Below are positions 1-8,933 of a stretch of DNA of 51,687 nt, piece by piece. The notes under the pieces are model-generated. The model had not been told where the DNA came from, did not search any database, and saw only the letters and a list, made by a program, of their open reading frames with translations. Location of the stretch: positions 1-51,687 of the forward strand of contig JBGAJQ010000034.1 of assembly GCA_044224875.1 (NCBI GenBank), in the 5' to 3' direction. Position numbers and translations under genes: made by a program. The stretch comes from Gemmatimonadaceae bacterium (GTDB lineage: Bacteria > Gemmatimonadota > Gemmatimonadetes > Gemmatimonadales > Gemmatimonadaceae). How positions within the stretch are numbered: the first letter of the stretch is position 1; each line of letters starts with the position of its first letter.

Positions 1-3
1 ACA

Positions 4-1242
4 ATGAGCGCGGCCGCGGCCCTTCCAGCGCAGACCATCGCCATCACCGGGGGCAAGGTGTTCCCGGTCAGCGGCCCGGCAATCGACAACGGCACGGTCC
101 TGATTCGGGACGGCCGGATTGTAGCTGTCGGGACGAATGTTTCCGTGCCGGGAGACGCACAGCGCATCGACGCGACGGGAGCTTGGGTAACGCCCGGCAT
201 CTTCAACGTCGCGACAGTCCTCGGGCTGAGGGAGATTGGCGCCGTGGGCGGGACGGTCGACGTCGGCGCGCGCGGCAAGGGCGACGCAGTCGTGGCATCC
301 TTCAAGGCGTGGGAAGGATTCAACGCCGCTTCGCCACTCCTCCAGGTGGCGCGCAACGACGGTATCACGACCGTTGGCGTCGTCCCCGAAGGCAACATGA
401 TCGGCGGGCAAGCCGCCGTGTTTGACCTGGCGATAGGAGCGTCACGCGACGACCTGTTATTGCGCGCCCCGGTCGCCATGGTGGCGGACCTTGGGAACAA
501 GGGTCCCGACCGCGGCGCCTCCCGCGGAGAAGTGCTGCAACGTTTTCGAGAGGTGCTGAGCGACGCCCGAGACTTTCCCCGCCGACGCGCCGATTTTGAC
601 AGGGGGCAATCGCGCGAACTGGCGGCGCGCCGCGCGGACCTCGAGGCGTTGCAGCCGGTGATTCAGGGAAAATTGTTGATGGTCATCGACGCCGACCGTG
701 CGTCGGACATCGAAAACGCCCTCGCCCTTGCCAAGGAGTTCGGCCTGCGCATCGCCATCAGCGGTGGCACCGAAGCGTGGAAGGTCGCCGATCAGCTGGC
801 GGCGGCAAAGGTCCCGGTGATCGTTGGGGCGCTGAACAACATCCCGCGCGACTTTTCGATGTTGGGTGCACGGCAGGACAACGCTGCCGTGCTGGCCAAG
901 GCAGGCGTTCGCGTGATCATCAATGACGGCGCCGACGCCTTCAACGCGCGCAACGTGAAGTACTCGGCGGGCGTCGCGGTCTCATTCGGTCTCTCGTGGG
1001 ACGACGGACTGCGCGCAGTGACGCAGAACCCGGCGGAATTGTTCGGCGTCAGCGACCGCGTGGGTACCCTGCAGGCCGGGAAGGACGCCACGCTGGTGAT
1101 CTGGAACGGTGACCCGTTTGAGTTGTCGACCCGGCCGCAGCACGTACTCGTGCGCGGGAAGGACGTTCTGGCACTCTCTCGGCAGGATGAACTGATGCGT
1201 CGCTATCGGAAGCTGCCACCGGACTATCGAGCAAAGCCGTAG
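4..1242 (+). CDS. Amidohydrolase-family (imidazolonepropionase-like) protein, metal ligands apparently degenerate; true start may lie upstream of the window
   Basis: N-terminal beta-sandwich (ITGGKVFPV..IDNGTVLIRDGRIVAVG..IDATG.WVTPG) and C-terminal NPAELFG..GTLQAGKDATLVIW typical of the family; HxH motif absent (PGIFNVATVLG). Confidence 0.85.
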   Translation: MSAAAALPAQTIAITGGKVFPVSGPAIDNGTVLIRDGRIVAVGTNVSVPGDAQRIDATGAWVTPGIFNVATVLGLREIGAVGGTVDVGARGKGDAVVASFKAWEGFNAASPLLQVARNDGITTVGVVPEGNMIGGQAAVFDLAIGASRDDLLLRAPVAMVADLGNKGPDRGASRGEVLQRFREVLSDARDFPRRRADFDRGQSRELAARRADLEALQPVIQGKLLMVIDADRASDIENALALAKEFGLRIAISGGTEAWKVADQLAAAKVPVIVGALNNIPRDFSMLGARQDNAAVLAKAGVRVIINDGADAFNARNVKYSAGVAVSFGLSWDDGLRAVTQNPAELFGVSDRVGTLQAGKDATLVIWNGDPFELSTRPQHVLVRGKDVLALSRQDELMRRYRKLPPDYRAKP

Positions 1243-1278
1243 CGCCGATCCCAGCCTTCTGCGGAACAGCCGCCCGCG

Positions 1279-1587
1279 CTACGGCGCAGGCGGCTGTTCG
1301 CCTTCCTGGGGAGGTGTGCCGCCGGCAGCTCGAATCGACTCCTCGAGGCGACGAACCTCTGCCTCGCGCTCTCGAACTGCGGCCACCAGGCGTTCCACGA
1401 CCTCGGGGGCGGCCACCGCATTGTCAACGTGCGCGCGATAGACGGCGTAGCCGAGCGCCTGAGCCGCCTTGTCGGTCAGCTGCCGTGCGCGGAAGACCTC
1501 CAGCCGGATCTTGCCTTCGTCGATTGCATGCGCTGCCGCCTTCCCCGCCCGATCCAACTCCGTCTTCAACTTGCTCCAGATCGCCAT
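1279..1587 (-). CDS. Small helical/coiled-coil hypothetical protein (MAIWSKLKTELDRAGK...)
   Basis: ATG at 1587 preceded by GAGGA; the longer ORF-track start overlaps rpmA and is rejected. Confidence 0.75.
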   Translation of the reverse strand: MAIWSKLKTELDRAGKAAAHAIDEGKIRLEVFRARQLTDKAAQALGYAVYRAHVDNAVAAPEVVERLVAAVREREAEVRRLEESIRAAGGTPPQEGEQPPAP

Positions 1588-1661
1588 CGAATCCTCGCGG
1601 GTATCGGACACCCAATAGTACGTAGGACCACCTCGGCAGGTTGCACCGGCCGCGCCTGCGC

Positions 1662-1692
1662 AATAAAAAGGCCCCGCATGAATGCGGGGCCT
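1662..1692 (-). terminator. Rho-independent terminator of rplU-rpmA
   Basis: Minus strand AGGCCCCGCAT-TC-ATGCGGGGCCT followed by TTTTATT, about 20 nt after the rpmA stop. Confidence 0.85.
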
Positions 1693-1712
1693 GGCGGTGC
1701 AGCGAATGATCG

Positions 1713-1982
1713 TTAGGCTGCCGACGTCTCGCTCGGATAGACGCTCACCCGGTACCGGGACTTGCTCTTGTGTTCGAACTTCACCACGCCGTCGATCAGG
1801 GCGTAAATGGTGTAGTCCGTGCCCAAGCCGACATTGCGTCCCGGATGCCACTGCGTGCCGCACTGCCGTAGGATGATGTTTCCGGCGCGAACCACTTCAC
1901 CGCCGTACTTCTTGATCCCCCGATACTTCGGATTCGAGTCGCGGCCGTTCCGTGAGGAGCCGACGCCTTTCTTGTGAGCCAT
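1713..1982 (-). CDS. rpmA: 50S ribosomal protein L27
   Basis: [28 protein letters not shown] signature; downstream of rplU. Confidence 0.99.
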   Translation of the reverse strand: MAHKKGVGSSRNGRDSNPKYRGIKKYGGEVVRAGNIILRQCGTQWHPGRNVGLGTDYTIYALIDGVVKFEHKSKSRYRVSVYPSETSAA

Positions 1983-1994
1983 AGGGTCCTCTGA

Positions 1995-2312
1995 TCAGCC
2001 GAGCGAGATGGACTTGATGCGGACTTCGGTGAACTTCTGCCGGTGTCCCTGTTTGCGCGCGTAGTTTTTTCGGCGCTTGAACTTGAACACGATAATCTTG
2101 TCGTCTTTGCCCTGCTTGACGATTTCGCCGGTGACCTTGGCACCACTCAGCGATGGAACACCGGTGCGGACCGAATTCCCGTCCGAACCCAGCAGGACCT
2201 CGTTGAACTCGACGGAGGCTCCGGCGTCTCCTGGAAGCGACGGAATTCGAAGCGTGGTGCCGGGCTCGACCCGGAACTGCTTCCCGCCAGTGCGAATGAT
2301 CGCGTAGGACAT
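1995..2312 (-). CDS. rplU: 50S ribosomal protein L21
   Basis: YAIIRTGGKQFRV...KFKRRKNYARKQGHRQ signature. Confidence 0.99.
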   Translation of the reverse strand: MSYAIIRTGGKQFRVEPGTTLRIPSLPGDAGASVEFNEVLLGSDGNSVRTGVPSLSGAKVTGEIVKQGKDDKIIVFKFKRRKNYARKQGHRQKFTEVRIKSISLG

Positions 2313-2348
2313 AAGTGGGCGAATCGAAAAATTGAATGCGAGCCTAAA

Positions 2349-2377
2349 ATAATACCGCCACGGCTAATGATCGTCAA
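2349..2377 (-). promoter_or_regulatory. Sigma70-type promoter of rplU-rpmA
   Basis: Minus strand TTGACG-N17-TATTAT, 36 nt upstream of the rplU ATG. Confidence 0.75.
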
Positions 2378-2631
2378 GGCATAGAGTTACGGGGTAGATG
2401 GGTCAGCTTGGCCCAATGACGCTCTACTGGTTGCGGAGGGTGCGAGAAGGTCTGTGAATTCGGCAGCTGGGGGGCGAGGAATCGCCCACTAACCGTTACA
2501 GCGGACGCTGATACGACGGAACCCATGGGATCGAGCCCGGAATCCGCTCCGACCTACTCATTTCCCGCTGAAACGGCATGCGACAATCGCCGAGAGGTCT
2601 CCGCCGAATCTGCACCAACAGCGAGCCAGCC

Positions 2632-3228
2632 CTACCGCAAAGGGGCTCGGAGGCTAGGGCGACGATCGGCGCTGCCTGACCTGTCTTTGAAGAACATCTC
2701 GATCTGCACCATGTAGGAATGGCCTGGGCGGCTCGCGAGCAGGTTCGCCGCGAACACGCTATCTCCCACGGCCCACGTCGGTCCTCGGAGCAATACGGTT
2801 TCACTGCCTACGGTAATGCTGCCTGTTACTAGCGGGTCCGAAATCGTGACATGACCGGTCAGCGAGTCTGGGAACGACGCGCAACTTGAGCCCGCGACCG
2901 GTGAGACGGATGCTTCGACACTCCTGACTAGCCCTACTCCTTTGATTCGCGCGAACAACCGGACAAGGGGATGATACGAGAGCGCACCAAGAATACGCGC
3001 ATCGCAGCTGTACGTCGCCTGGAGGTGTCCGGTGACGGGAATCGAACCGATTGGTGTCCGGACGGTCGCGGTCACGGCGCCTCGAATTGAGAGAGCGCTT
3101 GCATCAATGGCGGCACTGATCCCGATTGAGCGCGCCGAGACCGGCCGGGACTGCGGCGACACGCGTGGCGCAGCCACGTGGACGAGCACCAACTGACTCG
3201 CCAGCCACAGCGCCCAAACCCTTGCCAT
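2632..3228 (-). CDS. Hypothetical, possibly exported beta-rich protein
   Basis: About 198-aa ORF filling the rng-rplU gap; signal-peptide-like N-terminus (MARVWALWLASQLVLVHVAA); G-rich RBS-like tract; no family recognised. Confidence 0.45.
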   Translation of the reverse strand: MARVWALWLASQLVLVHVAAPRVSPQSRPVSARSIGISAAIDASALSIRGAVTATVRTPIGSIPVTGHLQATYSCDARILGALSYHPLVRLFARIKGVGLVRSVEASVSPVAGSSCASFPDSLTGHVTISDPLVTGSITVGSETVLLRGPTWAVGDSVFAANLLASRPGHSYMVQIEMFFKDRSGSADRRPSLRAPLR

Positions 3229-3413
3229 ACGCACCCCCCAATCCGCGCTATCTACGTACGCAGATCGACCGTGTGGGAAACGTCAGGGGAGCCTCGGAAA
3301 ACGCGTCCGGAAAGCTGCTGGACAAGTTGAGACTGACGGTGCAGACGGGACAGCTGCACCGCCGATGCGAGAATCAGTTCACGCTCGATTCCGACGCAAG
3401 CAGAATGGCTGTG

Positions 3414-4979
3414 TTATGCCACCGCATACTGCTGCGTGACATCGCGACCGGCCGACTTCACAACGAGCTTGAACTCGTCTGGCCGAAGGAGCGGATCGTC
3501 ACGGAGTTCCAATGAAAACCCAACGCTCTTTTCGAGCTTCCGCATCAGGTCCTGCTCGTTCTCGAGCACGTAAAGCGCCACCTCAGGATGCAGTTTGACC
3601 ACCAAGTGGTCGCGCTTACCCTCAACCGCCATGCGCTTGACGGACCGCTCAACGCGCCGAACGATGGTTTCCGGCGTGAACACGCGCCCAGTACCGTGAC
3701 AGGTGGGACACGAATCAGTCATGCTCTGCAGGTGACTCTGCCGGACACGCTGCCGTGTCATCTCGATCAGTCCCAGATCCGACACCGCGAACGCCTTGGT
3801 GCGGGCGCGATCCCGACCCAGGTTCGTGCGAAGCTCCTGCAACACGCGGTCGCGATTGGACCGGGTCTCCATGTCGATGAAGTCGCACACGATGATCCCG
3901 CCGACATCACGCAGTCGCAGCTGTCGGGCAATCTCGCGCGCCGCTTCGAGGTTCGTCTTCAGGATGGTCTTCTCCGGGTCCTTCTTTCCGGTGAAACGAC
4001 CGGAGTTCACGTCGATCGATACCAGCGCTTCCGTCGGCTCGACGATGATGTAGCCCCCGCTTGGCAGGTCGCATCGACGCTTGAACAGGTCACGGATTTC
4101 CGTCTCGATGTCCGCCTTGTCGAATAGGGGTACGGTGCCCTCGTACAGGTGGATTCGCTCGACGAGGTCCGGCGCGACCCCCTTCAGGTACTCGTTGATC
4201 TCGTTGAAAATCTGTTTCGAGTCGACTTGCACCTTCTCGATTTTCGTGCTGAAGACGTCGCGGATGATCCCCCGCGTCAGGGAGGTCTCGCGATGCAGCA
4301 ACGCGGGTGCGCGCACGAAGTGCGTCTTTCGCTTGATCTTCTTCCACGCTGCCATGAGCGTGTTGAGTTCGCGCTCGAACGTCTCTTGCGCCGTTTCCTC
4401 GCCCACGGTGCGTACGATGACGCCCCCTGACTTGTCGGGGAGGAACCCCTCCACCATTTGCCGAAGTCGCTGGCGTTCCGCGCGCTCGCCAATCTTGCGG
4501 CTCACCCCGACACGAGAGGCGTGGGGCATAAAGACGAGGAATCGGCCGGCCAGGGACACCTGCGCGGTTACGCGAGGGCCTTTGGTGGAGATGGGCTCCT
4601 TCGAGATCTGAACGATGAGGTCCTGCCCCTTCTTCAGAACATCCTGAATAGGGGGCGCCTTGGCCCGACGTCCTCGTCCAGGAGCGTCGTCAGCTTCTTC
4701 ATCGTCGCCGCCTTCGTTTTCGCCCTCATCGTCCTCATCGTCCCCGTCCTCGTCAAAGACAAGGTCGGAGGCGTGGAGGAATGCGGCCTTTTCTGTCCCG
4801 ATGTCTACAAAAGCTGCCTGAATACCGGGAAGTACAGCTTCAACCTTTCCGACGTAGATGTCGCCGACCATCCGGCGAGCTTCTGGCCGGTCCACGAGCA
4901 GCTCGACGAGCTGCTCGTCCTCGAGTCTGGCGACGCGGGTCTCCCGCGACGTCGAGTTTATGAGAATGTCTCTCTTCAT
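3414..4979 (-). CDS. rng: Rne/Rng family ribonuclease (RNase E/G catalytic domain, no long C-terminal scaffold)
   Basis: GDIYVGKVEAVLPGIQAAFVDIG, KEPISTKGPRVT, IDVNSG, LRLRDVGGIIVCDFIDM, CPTCHGTG Zn-link. Confidence 0.95.
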   Translation of the reverse strand: MKRDILINSTSRETRVARLEDEQLVELLVDRPEARRMVGDIYVGKVEAVLPGIQAAFVDIGTEKAAFLHASDLVFDEDGDDEDDEGENEGGDDEEADDAPGRGRRAKAPPIQDVLKKGQDLIVQISKEPISTKGPRVTAQVSLAGRFLVFMPHASRVGVSRKIGERAERQRLRQMVEGFLPDKSGGVIVRTVGEETAQETFERELNTLMAAWKKIKRKTHFVRAPALLHRETSLTRGIIRDVFSTKIEKVQVDSKQIFNEINEYLKGVAPDLVERIHLYEGTVPLFDKADIETEIRDLFKRRCDLPSGGYIIVEPTEALVSIDVNSGRFTGKKDPEKTILKTNLEAAREIARQLRLRDVGGIIVCDFIDMETRSNRDRVLQELRTNLGRDRARTKAFAVSDLGLIEMTRQRVRQSHLQSMTDSCPTCHGTGRVFTPETIVRRVERSVKRMAVEGKRDHLVVKLHPEVALYVLENEQDLMRKLEKSVGFSLELRDDPLLRPDEFKLVVKSAGRDVTQQYAVA

Positions 4980-5395
4980 GTTGCTCTGCTCGCGCCCGCG
5001 TGCGTCGCGACTCGACGTGTACGGGCTGGCAGTTCGCGAATAAGGAAGAGGCGCCGTGGCAGGTAGTGTTTCCTGCTCTGCGGCGCCCCATACGAGAACG
5101 TGGCGAACCGTCGCTCGGGATCGTACACAATAACTCCGCCCGCTGATTCAATACGCCGACCGCACTTCGAGGCGGCGAATTGAGAAACGGTGTGAAACGG
5201 AGAATCATGCGATCGATGGTGTGGTTCGAGCGTACGCTTGCCTGAGGGTACCTCGCAGGCGCGACACGCGCGCCCTGCACCCTCGTGAACTGTGCGGTCG
5301 CGCGAGAGTCGCTCGGGCGGCGCACCGGAAACCTGACTATGCGATCAGGTGAAAGATATCGCAGGAGTTTGAGAACGGGAGACAGGACCTGCACG

Positions 5396-5947
5396 TCAGA
5401 TCTTGCCAGTCGCCCGGAGGGAGAGCCAAGCCACCGCTCCCAGGTAACCCAGCAGCGCCTTCCACTCCCCGTGCTTCATGTACAGATCGAAGCTGAACGG
5501 GTTGGGTTCGCTATCTGTCGAGGGCGACCAGGGGGAGAGGCGCGGGACGAACGCCGGGACGTTGGCCTCGTACGCGTCGTACGTCCCAGGAAATCGTCCA
5601 CGGATGTTGGCCTTCTCGCGTTCCATGGTCGGGCCATAGATGAGCACAAAGAAGGCGATGACGAGCAGCAGCAACGACCAGTGTGCAGCGATCGCAAACC
5701 CGGCCGCCAGCAAGAAGCTCCCGAAGTAGAGGGGATTCCGAGTGTGCGCGTAGGGCCCTGACGTGGCAAGACGATCGTTCTTCATGATGTGGCCGGACGC
5801 CCAGGCCCGCACGAGGACGCCGACCAAGGCGACTGCCGCGCCCAACACCAGGGCAACCACGCTGGGTCGCGCTAATGCGAGGTACGCGAAGGACAGCAAG
5901 AACCCGAGCGGAAGTCTGAGGCGCTTGGCTGTCAGCGACCAGGTCAC
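5396..5947 (-). CDS. Isoprenylcysteine carboxylmethyltransferase/PEMT-family membrane methyltransferase
   Basis: [18 protein letters not shown] motif, TM helices, Y..Y...VP.F.P; GTGA overlap with the upstream gene. Confidence 0.85.
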   Translation of the reverse strand: MTWSLTAKRLRLPLGFLLSFAYLALARPSVVALVLGAAVALVGVLVRAWASGHIMKNDRLATSGPYAHTRNPLYFGSFLLAAGFAIAAHWSLLLLVIAFFVLIYGPTMEREKANIRGRFPGTYDAYEANVPAFVPRLSPWSPSTDSEPNPFSFDLYMKHGEWKALLGYLGAVAWLSLRATGKI

Positions 5948-7161
5948 GCGGCGAGGTCCTTCAGCAGTTGGCGCGCGATGACGAGTCGCTGGATTTCGCT
6001 CGTTCCCTCACCGATCTCACAGATTTTCGCGTCCCGCATCATGCGCTCGACCGGGTAGTCCTTGGTGTACCCGTATCCGCCGTGGATCTGGATCGCCTTG
6101 ATTGTGGCACGCATGGCGAGTTCGGATGCGAACAGCTTGGCCATCGCCGCCGCCTTGGTAACGTTGCGACCCTGGACCGCCATCCACGCCGCGTGGTACA
6201 CGAGGTGTTTGGCCGCCTCGATCTCGGTCGCCATGTCCGACAGCTGAAACTGCACGCCTTGAAAATTGGCAATCGGTTGGCCGAATTGCTTCCTTGTCGA
6301 AGCGTACTGCAGGGCCTGTTCGAAGGCGCCCTCGGCGATGCCTAACGACAGCGCCCCGATCCCGATGCGACCGGCGTCCAGGGTGCGCATGAAATTGACG
6401 AAGCCCTCCCCTTCCTCACCGAGTCGATTCTCGAGCGGCACCTCGACATTGTCGAAGATGAGCTCGCGCGTGTCTGACGCTCGCCAGCCGAGCTTGTCTT
6501 CCTTGCGGCCAGACGAAAAGCCGGGCATGGGAGTGAGCGTGGCATCGTGCCCGATGCCGTGCGGTGCGGCACGCTGCAGGTCGTCGTTCTGCTTCGTCAG
6601 GATGAACGAGGAGATCCCGTGCGTCTTGCGCGACGGATCGGTGACGGCCGTGACCACGAAGATCTCGCCCACGCCACCGTGCGTGATGAAACGTTTGGAT
6701 CCGTTCAGGACGTAGTGGTCGCCCTTCCTGACCGCCGTCGTCCGCGTCCCGCCGGCATCACTGCCTGCGCTCTCTTCGGTGAGTCCGAAGCCACCGAGTA
6801 CCTTGCCGGAAGCGAGAAGGGGCACAAACCGTTGCTTCTGGGCCTGACTGCCAAAATGCACGATCGGCGACGTACCGAGCGTGGTATGCGCGGAGATGGT
6901 CAAGGCGTGCGACGCGTCGACCTTTCCCAGTTCATGGATGACGGTGATGTACGAGAGCAGATCCAGCCCCGCTCCGCCCAGCTCTTCGGGCCACGGCACG
7001 CCGAGGAGGCCGAGCTCGGACATCTTGCGAATGCTCTCCCACGGGAATTCGGCTGTGGCGTCGTACTTGGCGGCAATGGGGGCCACCTCGTCTCGCGCAA
7101 AGGCGCGGACCATTTCGCGTACCGCGAAGTGCTGCTCAGAAAAGTACAAACTGTCGTCCAT
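5944..7161 (-). CDS. Acyl-CoA dehydrogenase (short/branched-chain type)
   Basis: [47 protein letters not shown]; start taken at MDDSLYF. Confidence 0.95.
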   Translation of the reverse strand: MDDSLYFSEQHFAVREMVRAFARDEVAPIAAKYDATAEFPWESIRKMSELGLLGVPWPEELGGAGLDLLSYITVIHELGKVDASHALTISAHTTLGTSPIVHFGSQAQKQRFVPLLASGKVLGGFGLTEESAGSDAGGTRTTAVRKGDHYVLNGSKRFITHGGVGEIFVVTAVTDPSRKTHGISSFILTKQNDDLQRAAPHGIGHDATLTPMPGFSSGRKEDKLGWRASDTRELIFDNVEVPLENRLGEEGEGFVNFMRTLDAGRIGIGALSLGIAEGAFEQALQYASTRKQFGQPIANFQGVQFQLSDMATEIEAAKHLVYHAAWMAVQGRNVTKAAAMAKLFASELAMRATIKAIQIHGGYGYTKDYPVERMMRDAKICEIGEGTSEIQRLVIARQLLKDLAA

Positions 7162-8866
7162 GCGATCCCGACCCCGCGTGCGTGCAATTATCACAGGCAC
7201 CACACGCAACGTGTGTGTGATGTTGACCGAAATATCGAAGGAGGAACCAGCGGCGGCAACGCTGCGTCTGCACATAGGTGTGCATCGCATCGATTCGCGA
7301 TCGGTCGCCTGACGCACGAGCCCGATGCGCCTTCCAATCGATAGGCAGATCGCGATCCGCCTCGTGTAACAGACGAATCTGCAGCATTGGGGGCACCAAG
7401 TGGGCGAGCCGAGCCTGTCGTAGCTCGGCGATGGCGCCGCGCAGTGTCCAGGCGTCCATCTCCATTTCGAGCGTGCGCACAAGCACTGGAGTGGAGGCGG
7501 AGCCATGTATGCGCGCCAAGCCCTCGGCAACCCGTGCGGCGTCTGGCGTCAGCCGCGTCAGGTCGTGGCGAAGGGCGGCGGGCGCGCGGAGGAGCCGAAT
7601 GCGCCACAAGTCGACGGGAGCGACCTGCAAGCTGACGGCACCATACCGCGCGAGGGCGAGGAGCGCTGGGTCGTCTGGTTGGCTCGTTAGGTCGCCTGCG
7701 CCGCGCCGCGCGTGCAGCGGAATGCGCACCGTCCGCGTTCCGTCCGCCGATCGGCACAGCGACGACCATCGGTCCCGAATGGCCCGTTCCGCCGGGTAGG
7801 TCGAGTCCAGGAAGCGGTCGTGGAGCCGGCGGTCCGAATCCGCCGCCAATACCACGCAGCGCCCGGGCGCTCCATCCCGTGAGGCGCGGCCAGCCTCCTG
7901 GTAGTAGTCCTCGATGGAGCCAGGAGGCGAGAGATGCGCCACGAGCCTAACGTCCGGCTTGTCGACGCCCATGCCAAAGGCGTTTGTCGCCACGAGGACC
8001 CGCAAGTCGCCGCCAAGGAACCGCCGCTGCACGTCACTTCGCTCATCCGCCGCGCGCCCCGCGTGGTACGCGTCGACGGCGGATGTGCACCGCCGGAGGA
8101 ATTGCGCGATGGCATCCACAGACCCTCGTGTGCCCGCATACACGATACACGGAGCGGGGGCAACACCGCGCACCAAGGCACCGATGCGACGCATGCGTTC
8201 GCGCCGCCCTTCGATGCGCTCGACCGCGAAGAAGAGATTCGGCCGGTCGAATCCACTCACCACGACCATGGGCGCCGAAAGCTCCAACACTCGCACGATG
8301 TCGGCGCGCGTCGCCGGTGTCGCGGTCGCCGTGAGCGCCACGGTGACCGGCGGCCGTAACCGCCGGCGCGCCTCCACCAGCCGAAGGTACGACGGGCGAA
8401 AGTCGTATCCCCACTCGCACACACAGTGCGCCTCGTCGATGGCCAGCAGCGCCACACGTAGTTGACTCAGGCGCGACAACGTGCGTTCGACGAGCAGGCG
8501 TTCGGGTGAGAGATACAGGAGTTTGAGCTGTCCGGACGATACCTCGCGCCAAATCTGGGCCTCGTCCGTCGCACTGAGCGCGCTATGCAGTGCCGCAGCC
8601 GGGATTCCACGCCGTCTCAACGCCTGCACCTGGTCGTCCATCAAGGCGATCAGGGGAGACACCACGACCGTGAGACCGGACAAGACGAGGGCCGGGAGCT
8701 GATAGCAGAGCGACTTCCCTCCACCGGTCGGGAGAACCACCAAGGTGTCTCGTCCCCCGAGAATTCCCTCCACCACGCGGCGCTGCCCATCTCGCAAGTC
8801 GGTGAACCCGAAATAGCGCTTCAGGGCCTCGCGCGCGCCTTCGAGGGTCGCTTGGTGCGTGACCAT
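7136..8866 (-). CDS. recQ: RecQ-family ATP-dependent DNA helicase
   Basis: [77 protein letters not shown]. Confidence 0.95.
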   Translation of the reverse strand: MVTHQATLEGAREALKRYFGFTDLRDGQRRVVEGILGGRDTLVVLPTGGGKSLCYQLPALVLSGLTVVVSPLIALMDDQVQALRRRGIPAAALHSALSATDEAQIWREVSSGQLKLLYLSPERLLVERTLSRLSQLRVALLAIDEAHCVCEWGYDFRPSYLRLVEARRRLRPPVTVALTATATPATRADIVRVLELSAPMVVVSGFDRPNLFFAVERIEGRRERMRRIGALVRGVAPAPCIVYAGTRGSVDAIAQFLRRCTSAVDAYHAGRAADERSDVQRRFLGGDLRVLVATNAFGMGVDKPDVRLVAHLSPPGSIEDYYQEAGRASRDGAPGRCVVLAADSDRRLHDRFLDSTYPAERAIRDRWSSLCRSADGTRTVRIPLHARRGAGDLTSQPDDPALLALARYGAVSLQVAPVDLWRIRLLRAPAALRHDLTRLTPDAARVAEGLARIHGSASTPVLVRTLEMEMDAWTLRGAIAELRQARLAHLVPPMLQIRLLHEADRDLPIDWKAHRARASGDRSRIDAMHTYVQTQRCRRWFLLRYFGQHHTHVACGACDNCTHAGSGSHGRQFVLF

Positions 8867-8933
8867 GCGACACGATGCGTGCGCTCGCTTGCTGGTCTGC
8901 CATCACGGGAACGCGTGGCGGACCGATTGAACG

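Noticed and set aside
8867..8933. LexA box upstream of recQ
   Set aside because: Only partial GAAC matches, without the CCGAAC-N5-CCGAAG pattern
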